A stretch of DNA of 64,000 bases from Mobula hypostoma (taxonomy: Eukaryota): assembly GCF_963921235.1 (NCBI RefSeq), contig NC_086097.1:254078001-254142000 (forward strand), read 5' to 3'. Both the position numbers and the translations under genes were made by a program. The notes under the pieces were generated by a model. That model saw only the letters and a program-made list of their open reading frames with translations, had not been told where the DNA came from and did not search any database. Below, piece after piece: positions 1 through 12,513 of this stretch. The first letter of the stretch is position 1; each line of letters starts with the position of its first letter.

Positions 1-1440
1 CTCATGTGGGAAAAGGAAAACTTTGAACTCGAACCTCCGAGATTTCCTGGTGGTGGCTGATGGAGTAACAGCAATCTGCCGTTGCTCCAACTCTAATTAT
101 CTTACTATTTCCAACCTGTCTGGAAACTTCTTTTTCAAGTGTGATATTCTTTCATTGTGGCTGGAAGGAGAGCCAGAGGTACTAAAAAGGATGATTTTCT
201 GCCTCTTTGGATTCTATTATGGATTTGCTGCAAAGTCATACACGAGAAGCCTCTGAGAAGTTTCAAGAATTCAGCACTGAATTTAAACAAATAGATGGTA
301 AATTGGACTCTATTCAACAAACTCTCAATGAACACAATAAACATATTAAAATAATGAGGAAAATTTGTCAGCTCTGGAAACGGAAGTGGATGAATTGCAG
401 AAGCTTTGTGAAAAGCAATCGAAGTCCAACGAAAGGTTAAGACAGAAGATTATCAACCTAGAAAATAGAGGTAGAAGGAACAACCTACGGGTTCTGGGTC
501 TCAAAGAACTAATTGAAAGTAATTATCCTATGGCGTTTTTTGTAAACTTTTTGCAAGAATTATTTCTAGAGATTTTGATGTCTGTGCCTATGATCGATCA
601 AGTTCACAGATCTCCTGCGTTTAGACCTCCTAACGATCAGAGTCCAAGATCAGTAATAATCTGTTTTCAGGAATTTAAAAGAAAGGAACTCTTAATTTGT
701 GAATCTCGTCCAAGAGGCATCATTGACTATAATGGTCGCAAGATTAGAATTGTCGAAGATTATTCGCCTGAGGTAATGCAGGAACGTGTTAAGTTCAAAG
801 AAGTTATGTCCAAGCTTTTTAATAAGGGTTTCAAGCCTTCCCTTCGCTACCCAGTCCGACTCAGAAACACACTTAAAAACAGTTCTTTTGAATGGTTCCA
901 CTCACCTATTGAAGCACAAAGGTTTTTAAAATCTGAGGGCTAAATCCAAAGGCTAACTGTTTAGTTTCTCCTTACATGAAGACACAAGATTAAATGAGAA
1001 ACTTTTAATTCGCAAATCCTGTCGAAGGGGCATGATTGGTTATAGGGTGGAATATTAAGATTCTTGAAGATCATTCGCTTGAAGTTATGCAGGAGTGTGC
1101 TAAGTTTAAACAAGTTCTGTTGGAATTTTTTTAATAAGGGTTTTAACCCGTCCCTTGGCTACCCAGTTTGACTGAGAATCTCATTAAAGATGGATCCTTC
1201 GAATGGTTTTGTTTGAATGATGAAGCACAAAGATTTTTTAAATTTGAAGGCTAACTACTTAGTCTGTTTTTCCATGAAGATAGAAGATTAATGTTCAATG
1301 TCTATCTGTATGAATAATTGTATCTTTTACTTTTGGTAAACCGTTGTAACTAATTTCCTTTCGTATTTATTAACACCGTATTTTTGATATATGAGAATTG
1401 AATCTCTTGTTTGGGTATTGTTTAGTCTAGGTTGGAATAT

Positions 1441-2260
1441 TGTTACATACCTCGTGGGTATCTTGTGACTGTCTTATGACCATGATGTAATTGAGTATCT
1501 TGTGAGCATGCTGTAATGGTCTTGTGATGGTGGGGTGATGTAATTTTCCTGCCAGTGTGAGGTCACGTGATGACATGTTCTCAACAGGTATATAATGGGA
1601 AACCCCTGTAGTTATGCAGTTGATTCATTCTTTATTTTGTCAGTTACTGCGTTATGCTGCATATTTGTCCCATGACACAGTTTCATTTTAAAGTGGAGTT
1701 TTACTTTCTATTGTAAGTCTAGTATTGGAGAGTGACGACCTTACTAAAGTACGGGAACCTGAAAAATGAAGTAAAGTTGGTGTTGTTGTTCGGCGGTTTA
1801 ATACAGGATCGACCTTATTGAATCTTTGTTCAGAAATAGTGACCTGCATCTGAGGTAACCGCTGTAAGATCAGGAAGGTTTTTGCAGTGATTATTTGCCA
1901 GGAAAAGGTCAGTTCCTTTAAGCCATTTTATTTCCTTCATCATGAATCCTTTGGAGAATTAGCAGTAATGTCATGTCTTCGAAGAAATCCATTTCTAGGG
2001 AAGTCTCTCCTTATTGGCTGTGTAAATTACTTGGACTTTCGAACTTACACTTTTAAGACTGTGTTCGAATTTACCCCTTTAAGACTTGTTTTCGAATTTA
2101 CCACCTTAAGAACTGTTCCAAAGTTGCCGTATAGCAGTTAACTTCTCGTTGTTAGTCGTTTGAATACTTTTCAGTATTGTTGAGCAGAGTTTAATAAAAG
2201 TTTATGTTTGTTTATCAAACTTGACTCAATTATATATTCACTGTTGCTTGTCATGTGACA
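1441..2260 (+). mobile_element. Solo LTR (820 bp, probably Gypsy-type) in the L1 inter-ORF region
   Basis: Termini TGTTACAT...ATGTGACA; 4-bp TSD ATAT (1437-1440, 2261-2264); TATATAA near 1589; AATAAA at 2193. Confidence 0.85.
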
Positions 2261-5160
2261 ATATAAATAACCTTGACACTAATTGGAGTGATCACCAGGT
2301 TTTTTTGGGGGGTTGTCCGTAGTTCATAGATGCCGACTTTCTATTGGTCAGTTTTCTTTCTTTGGGAGGTGGGCGGGAATATGTTTTTTTCCCAGAAGCT
2401 AATTTTGAATTTTTAGCTAACTTGTTGCTTGGTTACCATTCCTCAAGGTTTATGGCTTGGTTTTTAACTTAGATTTTAACCCTTCCTTTAAATAATATTA
2501 AAAATGGACCAAACTATTAATTTACTCAGTTTTAATGTGAAAGGGTTACATCACCCTGTTAAACGTAATAAGATTTTTGCTTATATTAAGAAATTTAAGG
2601 TCCCTATTATTTTTTTACATGAAACTCACATATGCAAATGTGGTAATCCACACTTTTTTAGCCATTGGAATGGACTTTGTTTTCATTCTTCTTTTCAGGC
2701 CAAGTTTAGAGGAGTTTCGATTCTTACAGATAATACACTCTCCTTTGCCCAACATAAAGTAGTGTCTGATACTAATGGACATATTGTTATAGTTTCAGGA
2801 AAACTAGATAATAAATTAATACTATTTGCCAATGTGTATGCCCTAAATGTTGATGACCAAGGATTCCTTGAACCTTTTTTTGCTTTTAACAGACCTGAAT
2901 CTTTATTCTTTGGTGATGGGAGGAGATTTTAACTGTTGGCTAGACCCAATTTTAGACCGATCATCTTCTAAACCAAAGTCTCTTAAAAAATCAGCTTTGT
3001 TTATTCAATCCTTTTTATTGAAGTGTGGTATAGTTGATGTTTGGCATCTTTATATCCTTTAGATAGGGAGTATTCATTTTTTTCCCATGTTCATCATATA
3101 TATTCCAGGATTGATTTTTTTTTATCGATAGTCAAATGATTTCATCAGTTAGTTCCTGTGAATATAAAGAGATTGCTGTTTCAGACCATGCTCCTATATT
3201 TTTATCTTTAAAACTCCCTGGTCTTCTTCAAACCAACCAATTTTGGTGTTTTAATACAACTTTGTTATCTGATAAGGAATTATTAAAATTTCTAGAGAAG
3301 CATATTATTTTGTTTTTTGAAGAGAATAAAAAGGAAGAGACTTCTAATCTTATTGTATGGGATACTTTCAAGGCCTATATTGGAGGATAAATTATTTCTT
3401 ATACTGCGAGTGTTAAGAATAAAGCTAATAAAGAAAGAATTGAATTAGCCAATCAATTGAACCATTAGATCAAAAATATGCTATAGCTCCAGATCCTGTT
3501 TTATATAAAAGACGTGTTGAACTTAAAACTAAATATGATCTTCTGTTAATATATTGAATTAGAACTCAACTTCTTAAAGATAAAACTCAATTTTACATTC
3601 ACGGAGATAAATCAGGCAAAGTATTGGCCAAGCAATGAAAAACTTCTGTAGTTAAATGACAAATTTAAAAAATTTATAAAACTAATGGTGATAGGACAAC
3701 TGATTACTCTGAAATAAATGATACCTTTAGAGAATACTATTCTACACCTAATAGTTCTGATTCCCCTAAAGATAATACTGTAATGAATAATTTTCTAGAT
3801 CAATTAAATATTCCTGCACTTTCTGCAGAAAATTGCAAACAGATGGATCAACCCATTTCTTATGAGGAAATCGCGAGGCTGTATGTTCATTACACTTGGG
3901 GAAGGCTCCGGGTCCAGATGGATTTTCTGGAGAATTTTATAAGGCTTGTTCTTCATTAATTATACTGCAGTTACGCTTAGTCTTTTTGAATTCTTTCAAA
4001 TTGGGTAGTTTGCCTCAATCTTTTTATGAAGCTTCTATTTTGCTTATCCTAAAACAGAACCAGGATCCAACTGAATGCTCTTCACACAGGCCAATTTCAT
4101 TACTCAATGTTGATACTAAAATTCTTTCTAAAGTTCTGGCTCAAAGGATTGAAAATATTTTACCTTCTAATATTTCTGATGATCAGACTGGATTTATTAA
4201 AAACCGACATTCCCATTTTAATATATGCCATGTATTAAATGTTATTTACTCTCCTTCTCAGAAGATATTAGAATGTGTGATATCCTTAGATACTGAGAAG
4301 GCCTTCGATCGGGTTGAATGGAATTATTTATGTAAAACCTTGGAAAAATGTAATTTTGGACCAGATTTTATTCAATGGATTAAATTACTTTATTTATCTC
4401 CCTCTGCCCGGGTTCTTACTAATTTTCAAAATTCCAGACTATTTAAACTTCACCGCGGAACTAGACAAGGCTGTCTGTTGAGTCCTTTGCTTTTTGATCT
4501 AGCTTTAGGACCCCTGGCCATTGCTTTTCAAGAATCTAGTGATATCTGTGGTATTTTAAGGAGTGGTATCACCCACAAAATTTTGCTTTATGCTGATGAT
4601 ATATTGCTTTTTATCTCTAATGTTGAGACCTCGTTACCTTGTGTACTTTCTTTACTCTCCCATTTTAGCCAGGTTTCAGGATATAATTTGAACCTACATG
4701 AGAGTAAATTATTTCCTTTAAATAATTTGGTATCAATTACTACTAATCTCCCTTTTAAAATTGTAAGGAATCAATTTACTTATTTGGGTGTAACAATCAC
4801 CTAAGAATTACAAACACCTGTTTAAAGAAAGCTTTTTTACTTTACTGAACCATGTAAAAAAGATATTATTAAATTGGTTACCTCTTTCAATATCATTGAT
4901 TGGGTGAACTAATTCTCTTAAAATGAATATTCTACCTAAATTTATATATCTTTTTCAGGCTTTACCCATTTTTATTCCTAAATCCTTTTTTGACTCTCTT
5001 GAATCTATTTTATCCTCCTATATGTGGAAAAAAAAACATCGTCAGTTAAATAAAGTTCATCTTGAAAAACTTAAAAAGTCTGGAGGTTTAGCCTTACCTA
5101 ATTTTAGGTTTTATTATTGGGCAGTTAATGTACGATATCTTACATTTTGGCTATATTCTA

Positions 5161-5574
5161 TCGTCGTCGTGGCTATCCCTCGAGGTTGAGGATGATGGTC
5201 TTCATTCTGAAGAAGTGGCCCACAGAGTGAAGACGCCTGTGCGTGTATTTGTTTAACATGTACTTGATGTTGCACTCCAAGAAGCACACGATACTTCACA
5301 AATCAACCAACTGATTCCAATGGCACGGAAACCACGACGACTGGAGCTGATGGATTTGTTGCAGCCTTCATCCGCCTTCACAGCCGTTGAGTTTGAAGTA
5401 ACTTCGTTTGCCTGTTCCACCATTGAGGTCTTGGTTGGATTGTTCTTTGTCAGGGACCTCACCCTCAACCTTACCGGCATCGGTGACCCTACCATGGCTC
5501 CAGAGGGCATTGCTCTCGGGATCACAGGACCACACAAGCTTCTCCACCACGACAAGGTGACAATCCACAGAGAA
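5161..5574 (-). mobile_element. Short non-autonomous RTE-like retroelement inserted in L1 ORF2
   Basis: Reverse complement of 47609-48022; (GAC)n tail; imperfect flanking duplication TTTTG(G)CTATATT; the L1 ORF2 reading resumes after it. Confidence 0.85.
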
Positions 5575-6985
5575 TTTTGCTATATTATATTAATCGTGTA
5601 GACTGTCCAGTATGGGTTTCTTTAGAAGCTAACTCTGTCAATAAATTTTTCATTATTTCTTTTCTTGGATCCTCACTTCCTTTATTTGTAAGTAAACTAA
5701 CTGATAATTTAATAGTTAAACGTACTCTGAGGATCTGGATACAATTTAGAAAACATTTTGGCTTATAGAGATTTTCCCTCTCTAGCCCCATTTATTTTAA
5801 TTTTTTTAAACCCTCCATGACTGATTTAGTTTTTAAAGAATGGGACAGGTTGGGTATTAAATGTTTTTGGGATCTGTTTGTGGAGGACATCTTTTTTCAT
5901 TTGAGCAATTGTCAGCTAAATATAGCTTACCAAAAACTCACTTTTTTGGATATCTACAAATCAGAGACTTTCTAAGATCTCAATTATGCACATTTTCTAT
6001 AAGCTTAGATAAGAACTTACTAGATGTAATTTTTAATTTGACACCTTTTCCTAATGGTTCACTATCCAATGTTTGTAGTATGTTACTGAAGACGACGAAT
6101 GTTCCTTTAGACAAAATTAAGAATCTCTGGGAACAAGACTTACAGACATCAATATCTGAGGAAACTTGGAATGAAATTTTTAAACTGGTTAATGCTTCAC
6201 CGCTATGTGTTCACCATTCCCTCATACAATTTAAGGTGGTACATAGAGTCCATATGACTAAAGATCTATCTCATTTTGATTTGGATATATCTCCCTACTG
6301 TGACAGGTGTAATAATGGAGAAGCTTCATTAATTCATATGTTTTGGACTTATCCGTGTCTTGAAAATAATTGGAAGGAAGTTTTTCTAACTTTTTCTTTA
6401 CTTTTCAAAGTCAATTTTAAGCCTAATCCTCTGATTTGGTATTGTTGCAGGACAAGATGTCAAGCTGAAGACGTCTGATTTACATATTTTGGCCTTTAGC
6501 TCTCTTATAGCTAGAAGGGCACTTTTGTTTAAATGGAAAGATGTTTCTCCTCCTACTCATGCTCAATGGTTATGCGACGTTATGTCATGCTTAGATTTAG
6601 AGAAGATTTGTTGTTCAATTTCTGAATCTTGTCAAGACTTTCAAACATTGTGGGGACTCTTTCTGAATTATTTTCAAAACTTTCAATACCCTCAATTCGT
6701 TGTTTAAATTTAGATGTTGGCTATTATTAATTTTTCCTATATGAAAAGGTATTTTACCTTTTTTTCTCCTTAATAAACAGTTTTGGTCTTGGTAGGGGTT
6801 AGACTCTTTTTTTGTAATAAATTACTATATTTCAATATAACTTTGACTAACCTACATGAATATGGGGTAATAAGATTGTTATTATGAATAGATATAATGT
6901 AATTGGTAGTTTTTTTTTTACCTTTACATATACTTTCTTGTACTCTGTATTCTTCTATGTAGAAACTAATAAAAATATTGAAAGA

Positions 6986-7265
6986 GAACCTCCACTGCCT
7001 TGCGGCTACACTCACTCAAGGGGAAGGCTTCAGGAGTAAACCCTGAGGGAAAATTTAGAACTGGGGTCCTTAAGACAGACCTACATTGAGTTCAATGCTG
7101 ACTGACAAATCCTGCTGCCCTGCTAGTACCAAACTCTATCAGTCTCGACCCTTCCTTTGGATTGATTAGCTGTGTGCCTTCACCCTGGCTTGTGTACTGG
7201 TTGGCATGTTACCTAGGTAGCAAGGATGCAACATCCATGGTTGACCTCAACCAACAGAAGTTCTC
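6986..7265 (+). mobile_element. 3' part of the non-coding retroelement family also seen at 39083-39645
   Basis: Shares GGGGAAGGCTT..GAGTAAACC..GGAAAA and downstream sequence with ~39350-39640 and with 48150-48500 (-). Confidence 0.65.
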
Positions 7266-7959
7266 AATCAGACCAAATATAGATAACTGGGATCACAATC
7301 ACAAGAGCCTGAAAGTTTGACTGTTTATTCCTCTTCATAGATGCTGCCTGACCTGCCGAGTTCTTCCAGTGTTTTCTGTCTGTTACTCTGGGTAATCAGG
7401 ATGATGGAATTTTATTGTTCTTTACAGGGAAGATACATACATCAGGATGCTCTTCACCAACTACAGCTCAGCATTTATTACTGTCATCCCCTCACACGTA
7501 ATCAATAAGCTCCAAGGTTTTGGTCTCAATTCCTCCTTGTGCAATTGGATCCTCAGTTTCCGCACTTGCAGATGCCCGTCAGCTCAGATAAGCAACAATC
7601 TCTCCCCCACACTCTCCATCAGCACAGGTGCACCATAGAACCGTGTGCTTCGCCCCCACTCCACTCTCTTTACACTTATGACTGTGGTTCCGTACAGCTC
7701 CAATGCAATATTTAAATTTTTAGCCCACACCAATGTCATAGGCTGAATCAAAGATGATGATGAATCCACATATAGGGGGGAGATTGAAAATCTGGCTGAG
7801 TGGTGCCACAGCAACAACTCAGGATTGGCAAGACCAAGGAGCTGTTTATTGACTTCAGGAGGAGGAAATCAGAGGTCATCAGCCAGTCTGTATTGGGAGA
7901 ACAGAGCTGGAGAGGGTCAGAAACTTTAAATTCCTCAGTGTTATCATTTCAGACGACCT

Positions 7960-8179
7960 GTCCTGGGCCCAACATGCAAGTGTCATCACGGAGAACGCAC
8001 AGCGTCCTGGGCCCAGCACGCAAGTCTCATCACGGAGAACGCACGGCGTCCTGGGCCCAGCACGCAAGTGTCATCACGGAGAACGCACAGCGTCCTGGGC
8101 CCAGCACGCAAGTGTCATCACGGAGAACGCACAGCGTCCTGGGCCCAGCACACAAGTGTCATCACAGAGAAAGCACAAC
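7960..8179 (+). repeat. 44-bp tandem repeat, 5 copies
   Basis: Unit GTCCTGGGCCCAGCACGCAAGTGTCATCACGGAGAACGCACAGC at 7960, 8004, 8048, 8092 and 8136. Confidence 0.95.
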
Positions 8180-8966
8180 AGAGCTTCTACTTTCTCAGAA
8201 GTTTGCAAAGAATGCACACAGCGCAAGAAATGAAATGGACCATCTTGAAATTCAGCCACACATTGACAAGTATGACATTGTGGCCATCTCCGAAACTTGG
8301 CAAAAGGATGGCTGCCATTGGGAGCTTAATGTCCAAGGATATACGGTCCATCGGAAAGATACGTTATTAGGCAGAGGTGTGGTGTGTCTCTGTGTATAAG
8401 AAATAACATTAAATCATTAGAAAGGGATGACATAGGATCGGAAGATGTAAAGTCTCTATCGATTGAGTTAAGGACCCTAATGGCAGTTGTATACAGGCCT
8501 CCAAATAGCAGCCGGGATGTGGATTACAGATTACAGCAGAGATAGAAAAGGCGTGTCAGAAGGGCAATGTCATGATAATCGTTGGGGATTTTAACATGAA
8601 AGTGGATTGGGAAAACCAGGCCAGTACTGGACCTCAAAACTGAGAATTTGTAGAATGTCTAAAGGACGGCTTTCTAGAACAGCTTGTTGTTGAGCCCACA
8701 CGTACCACAGTACGTGTGCTTGCAACACTGTGTGTCCGACAGAGTGATCAACAGCACTGGGGCTCCACAGGGGACTGTCTTCTCTCCCTTTCTCTTCACC
8801 ATTTACACCTCAGACTTCAACTACTGCACAGAGTCTTGTCATCTTCAGAAGTTTTCGGATGACTCTGCCATAGTTGGATGCATCAGCAAGGGAGATGAGG
8901 CTGAGTACAGGGCTACGGTAGGAAACTTTGTCACATGGTGCGAGCAGAATTATCTGCAGCTTAATG

Positions 8967-10442
8967 TGTCATGGTCCGGATCGGGGTCCCTTTAAATTTA
9001 CCTGGTTTATGTTACGATCTGGACCGTTGATTCCCTGTTTTCCTATGTCCCTCGACTTTGGCGATTAGAGGCAATTAACCCTCGGCTGAACCGGTAGTTT
9101 ATAGTCTCTGGTTTTCAGCCATTCGGGGCGGGAGCGTCTGCAAAGTCATCCAAGGTACGGTGTGCCGATGTCATCTGGCCGAAGCAAGCCTAGTCTCTGC
9201 CGAAGCGAGTGCCGGTAATTCGCCTTCCTCACCGGAGCAACCCTGTCCAGTTACCTCGCCAAAGCCAGCCTGCAGAGTTTCCTCATCAAGGTGGGTCCGT
9301 CAGTTAACCCGCCGGAGGGAACCAAGAACCGCTGTCTACTGTTCCCGGGTTGAGTCGAGAGCTCGCCACTACCCGGAGGCTCCAAGTCAAGTCCTGCCTC
9401 CGGGGGCATTCAAGTTTTAAGTCAAGTCTTGGCCCTGGCGGCAGTCAAGCACCAAGTCGAGTCCTGGCCCTGGCGGCATTCAAGCACCAAGTCGAGTCCT
9501 GGCCCTGGCGGCATTCTAGCACCAAGTCGAGTCCTGGCCCTGGTGGCATTCAAGCACCAAGTCGAGTCCTGGCCCTGGCGGCATTCTAGCACCAAGTCAA
9601 GTTCTGGCCCTGGCGGCTTCCCAGTTCTGAGTAAGGTCCTGTCCCTGGCGGTCTGTGATTCCTGTCCTACCCCGTTGTCTGAATCCCTTCTCTTTCCCTC
9701 TCGCCTCTAGCCCTCGTCTGCAGCCCCCGCCTGCACTTTGGTCTAGTTCCATCACCGGAGCTAGATAGGTACCGCCTGATGTTTATTCATGTTGGTCTTG
9801 TCTTGTCTTGTCCTGACCTCCGTGGGGTAAGTCAGGCCGTTTTGCCATTGCCCCGCGGGGGGTCATGTCTTGTCTTGTCTTGTCCTTGCCTCCGTGGGGT
9901 AGGTCAGGCCATCTTGCTGTTGCCCCGCGGAGGGTCATGAGTCCCGGCCTTATGTCCTGTACCCAAGGAGGGGTCCCGGCTCTCTGTTCTGTGTGCAAGT
10001 CCCAGCCCTATGTCCTGTACCCAAGGAGGGGTCCCGACTCTGTGTTCTCTGTATGTGTCCATGGTTCCATGTACCTGCTCACCCGAGACCAAGGTTCTGT
10101 GTTCCCATGTTCCTCCTCTCCCTAGCCCATGTCATGTCCATGCCTGGTTCTGGGGTCCGAGCCCGAGGCAAGACCCAGGTAGTGGGTCCGTGCCCAGTCT
10201 CGGGCTTGGAGTCCATACCCTAGCCTCTTCATGTCTCCTCTAGTTCTGGGAGCTGATTCCGAGTCCTAGCCCAGACCCTTGGTCCCAGCTTAGTCGTAGT
10301 CCTGAGTCCTAATCCTGTTCGCTATTCCTGCTTCTGTCTTGCTCTCCTGGTATCGAACAATAAACTAAATTTAAGTAACCTCACAAGATGTGTCTTGCAT
10401 TTGAGTCCACCCTTGACCTCCCAATGCCCCGCCATTGTGACA
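8967..10442 (+). mobile_element. Solo LTR (1476 bp)
   Basis: Termini TGTCA...TGACA; 5-bp TSD TAATG (8962-8966, 10443-10447); AATAAA at 10359; the host ORF is continuous across it. Confidence 0.9.
9380..9650 (+). repeat. ~35-bp minisatellite inside the solo LTR
   Basis: Unit CAAGTCGAGTCCTGGCCCTGGCGGCATTCAAGCAC, about 7 copies. Confidence 0.9.
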
Positions 10443-11695
10443 TAATGTGAAAAAGACTAAGGAGCTGGTGGTAGACCTGAGGAGAGCTAAGGTACCGGTG
10501 ACCCCTGTTTCCATCCAGGGAGTCAGTGTGGACATGGTGGATGACCACAAATGCCTGGGGATACGAATTGACAATAAACTGGACTGGTCAAGGAACAACA
10601 AGGCTGTCTACAAGAAAGGACAGAGCCGTCTCTATTTCCTGAGGAGAATGAGGTCCTTTAACATCTGCCGCACGATGCTGAGGATGTCCTACGAGTCTGT
10701 GGTGGCCAGTGCGATCATGTTTGCTGTTGTGTGCTGGGGCAGCAGGCTGAGGGTAGCAGACACCAACAGAATCAACAAACTCATTCGTAAGGCCAGTGAT
10801 GTTGTGGGAATGGAACTGGACTCTCTGACGGTGGTGTCTGAAAAGAGGATGCTGTCTAAGTTGCATGCCATCTTGGACAATGTCTCCCATCCACTACATA
10901 ATGTACTGGGTGGGCACAGGAGTACATTCAGCCAGAGACTCATTCCACCGAGATGCAGCACAGAGCGTCATAGGAAGTCATTCCTGCCTGTGGCCATCAA
11001 ACTTTACAACTCCTCCCTTGGAGGGTCAGACACCCTGAGCCAATAGGCTGGTCCTGGACTTATTTCATAATTTACATATTACTATTTAACTATTTATGGT
11101 TCTATTACTATTTATTATTTATGGTGCAAATGTAATGAAAACCAATTTTACCCGGGATCAATGAAGTATGACTATGACTATGACTAGGGGACCAACTGTG
11201 CTGGATTGGGTGTTATGCAATGATCCGGAGGTGATAAGGGAGCTTAAGGTTAAGGAATTCTTAGGGAACAGTGACCACAATATGATCGAGTTCACTTTGA
11301 AATTTGAGAAGTTAAATTCCAATGTGTTGGTATTTCAGTGTAATAAAAGAATTTACAATAGCATGAGAGGGGAACCGGCCAAAGTTGACTGGAAAGGGAC
11401 ACTAGCAGGAAGGACAGCAGAGCAGCAATAGTTGGAGTTTCTGCGAAAAATGAGGGAAATGAAAGACAGATATATTCTAAATAAGAAATTTTCGAATGGA
11501 AGAAGGATATCACAGTGGCTGACAAGTAAAAGCAAAAGAGAGGGCATATAAGGAAGCCAGAGCTAGTGGGAAGATAGAGGATTGGGGAGCTTTTAAAAAC
11601 TTGCAGGAGGAAACTAAGGAGGTCATTAGGAAGGAAAAGATGATTTATGAAAGGAGGTTGGCAACTAATATCAAAGAAGATACTAAAAGCTTTTT

Positions 11696-12513
11696 ACATA
11701 GAACAGCACAGCACAGTACAGGCCCTTCGGCCCACAATGTTGTGCTGACCCTTAAACTCTGCCTCCCACATAACCCCCCACCTTAAATTCCTCCATATAC
11801 CTGTCTAGCAGTCTCTTAAACTTCACTAGTGTATCTGCTTCCACCACTGACTCAGGCAGTGCATTCCACGCACCAACCACTCTCTGAGTAAAAAATCTTC
11901 CTCTAATATCCCCCTTGAACTTCCCACCCCTTACCTTAAAGCCATGTCCTCTTGTATTGAGCAGTGGTGCCCTGGGGAAGAGGCGCTGGCTATCCACTCT
12001 ATCTATTTCTCTTATTATCTTGTACACCTCTATCAAGTCTCCTCTCATCCTCCTTCTCTCCAAAAGAGTAAAGCCCTAGCTCCCTTAATCTCTGATCATA
12101 ATGCATACTCTCTAAACCAGGCAGCATCCTGGTAAATCTCCTCTGTACCCTTTCCAATGCTTCCACATCCTTCCTATAGTTAGGTGACCAGAACTGGACA
12201 CAGTACTCCAAGTGTGGCCTAACCAGAGTTTTATAGAGCTGCATCATTACATCGCGACTCTTAAACTCTATCCCTCGACTTATGAAAGCTAACACTCCAT
12301 AAGCTTTCTTAACTACCCTATCCACCGGTGAGGCAACTTTCAGGGATCTGTGGACATGTAACCCCAGATCCCTCTGCTCCTCCACACTACCAAGTATCCT
12401 GCCATTTACTTTGTACTCTGCCTTGGAGTTTGTCCTTCCAAAGTGTACCACCTCACACTTCTCCGGGTTGAACTCCATCTGCGACTTCTTAGCCCACTTC
12501 TGCATCCTATCAA
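11696..12513 (-). mobile_element. CR1 3' fragment (young subfamily)
   Basis: RT C-terminus LVRPHLEYCVQFWSP; very similar to 55045-55870; flanked by TTTTTA on both sides. Confidence 0.9.

Larger units (their letters stand above)
1..6985 (+). mobile_element. Near full-length decayed L1-clade LINE
   Basis: ORF1 (~207-943) contains LENRGRRNNLRVLGL. ORF2 (2504-~6707) is broken by stops and frameshifts but shows APE endonuclease motifs (SFNVKGL, GGDFN, SDHAP), RT motifs (KAPGPDG, GTRQGCLLSP, LYADD) and a C-terminal CDRC..H..C. AATAAA at ~6968. The 5' boundary is uncertain. Confidence 0.95.
8700..11183 (+). mobile_element. Rex1/Babar-like LINE 3' fragment interrupted by a solo LTR
   Basis: GAPQGTVFSPFLF..KFSDDSAIVG, resuming at 10447 with KTKELVVD; (TATGAC)n tail; very similar to 58637-59393 (-). 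Confidence 0.9.

Noticed and set aside
7800..8399. 199-aa ORF
   Set aside because: Runs through a minisatellite and across a Rex1/CR1 junction; chimeric artefact.
9380..9650. 35-bp repeats resembling a CRISPR array
   Set aside because: Units are contiguous with no unique spacers, lie inside a eukaryotic LTR, and have no cas genes.
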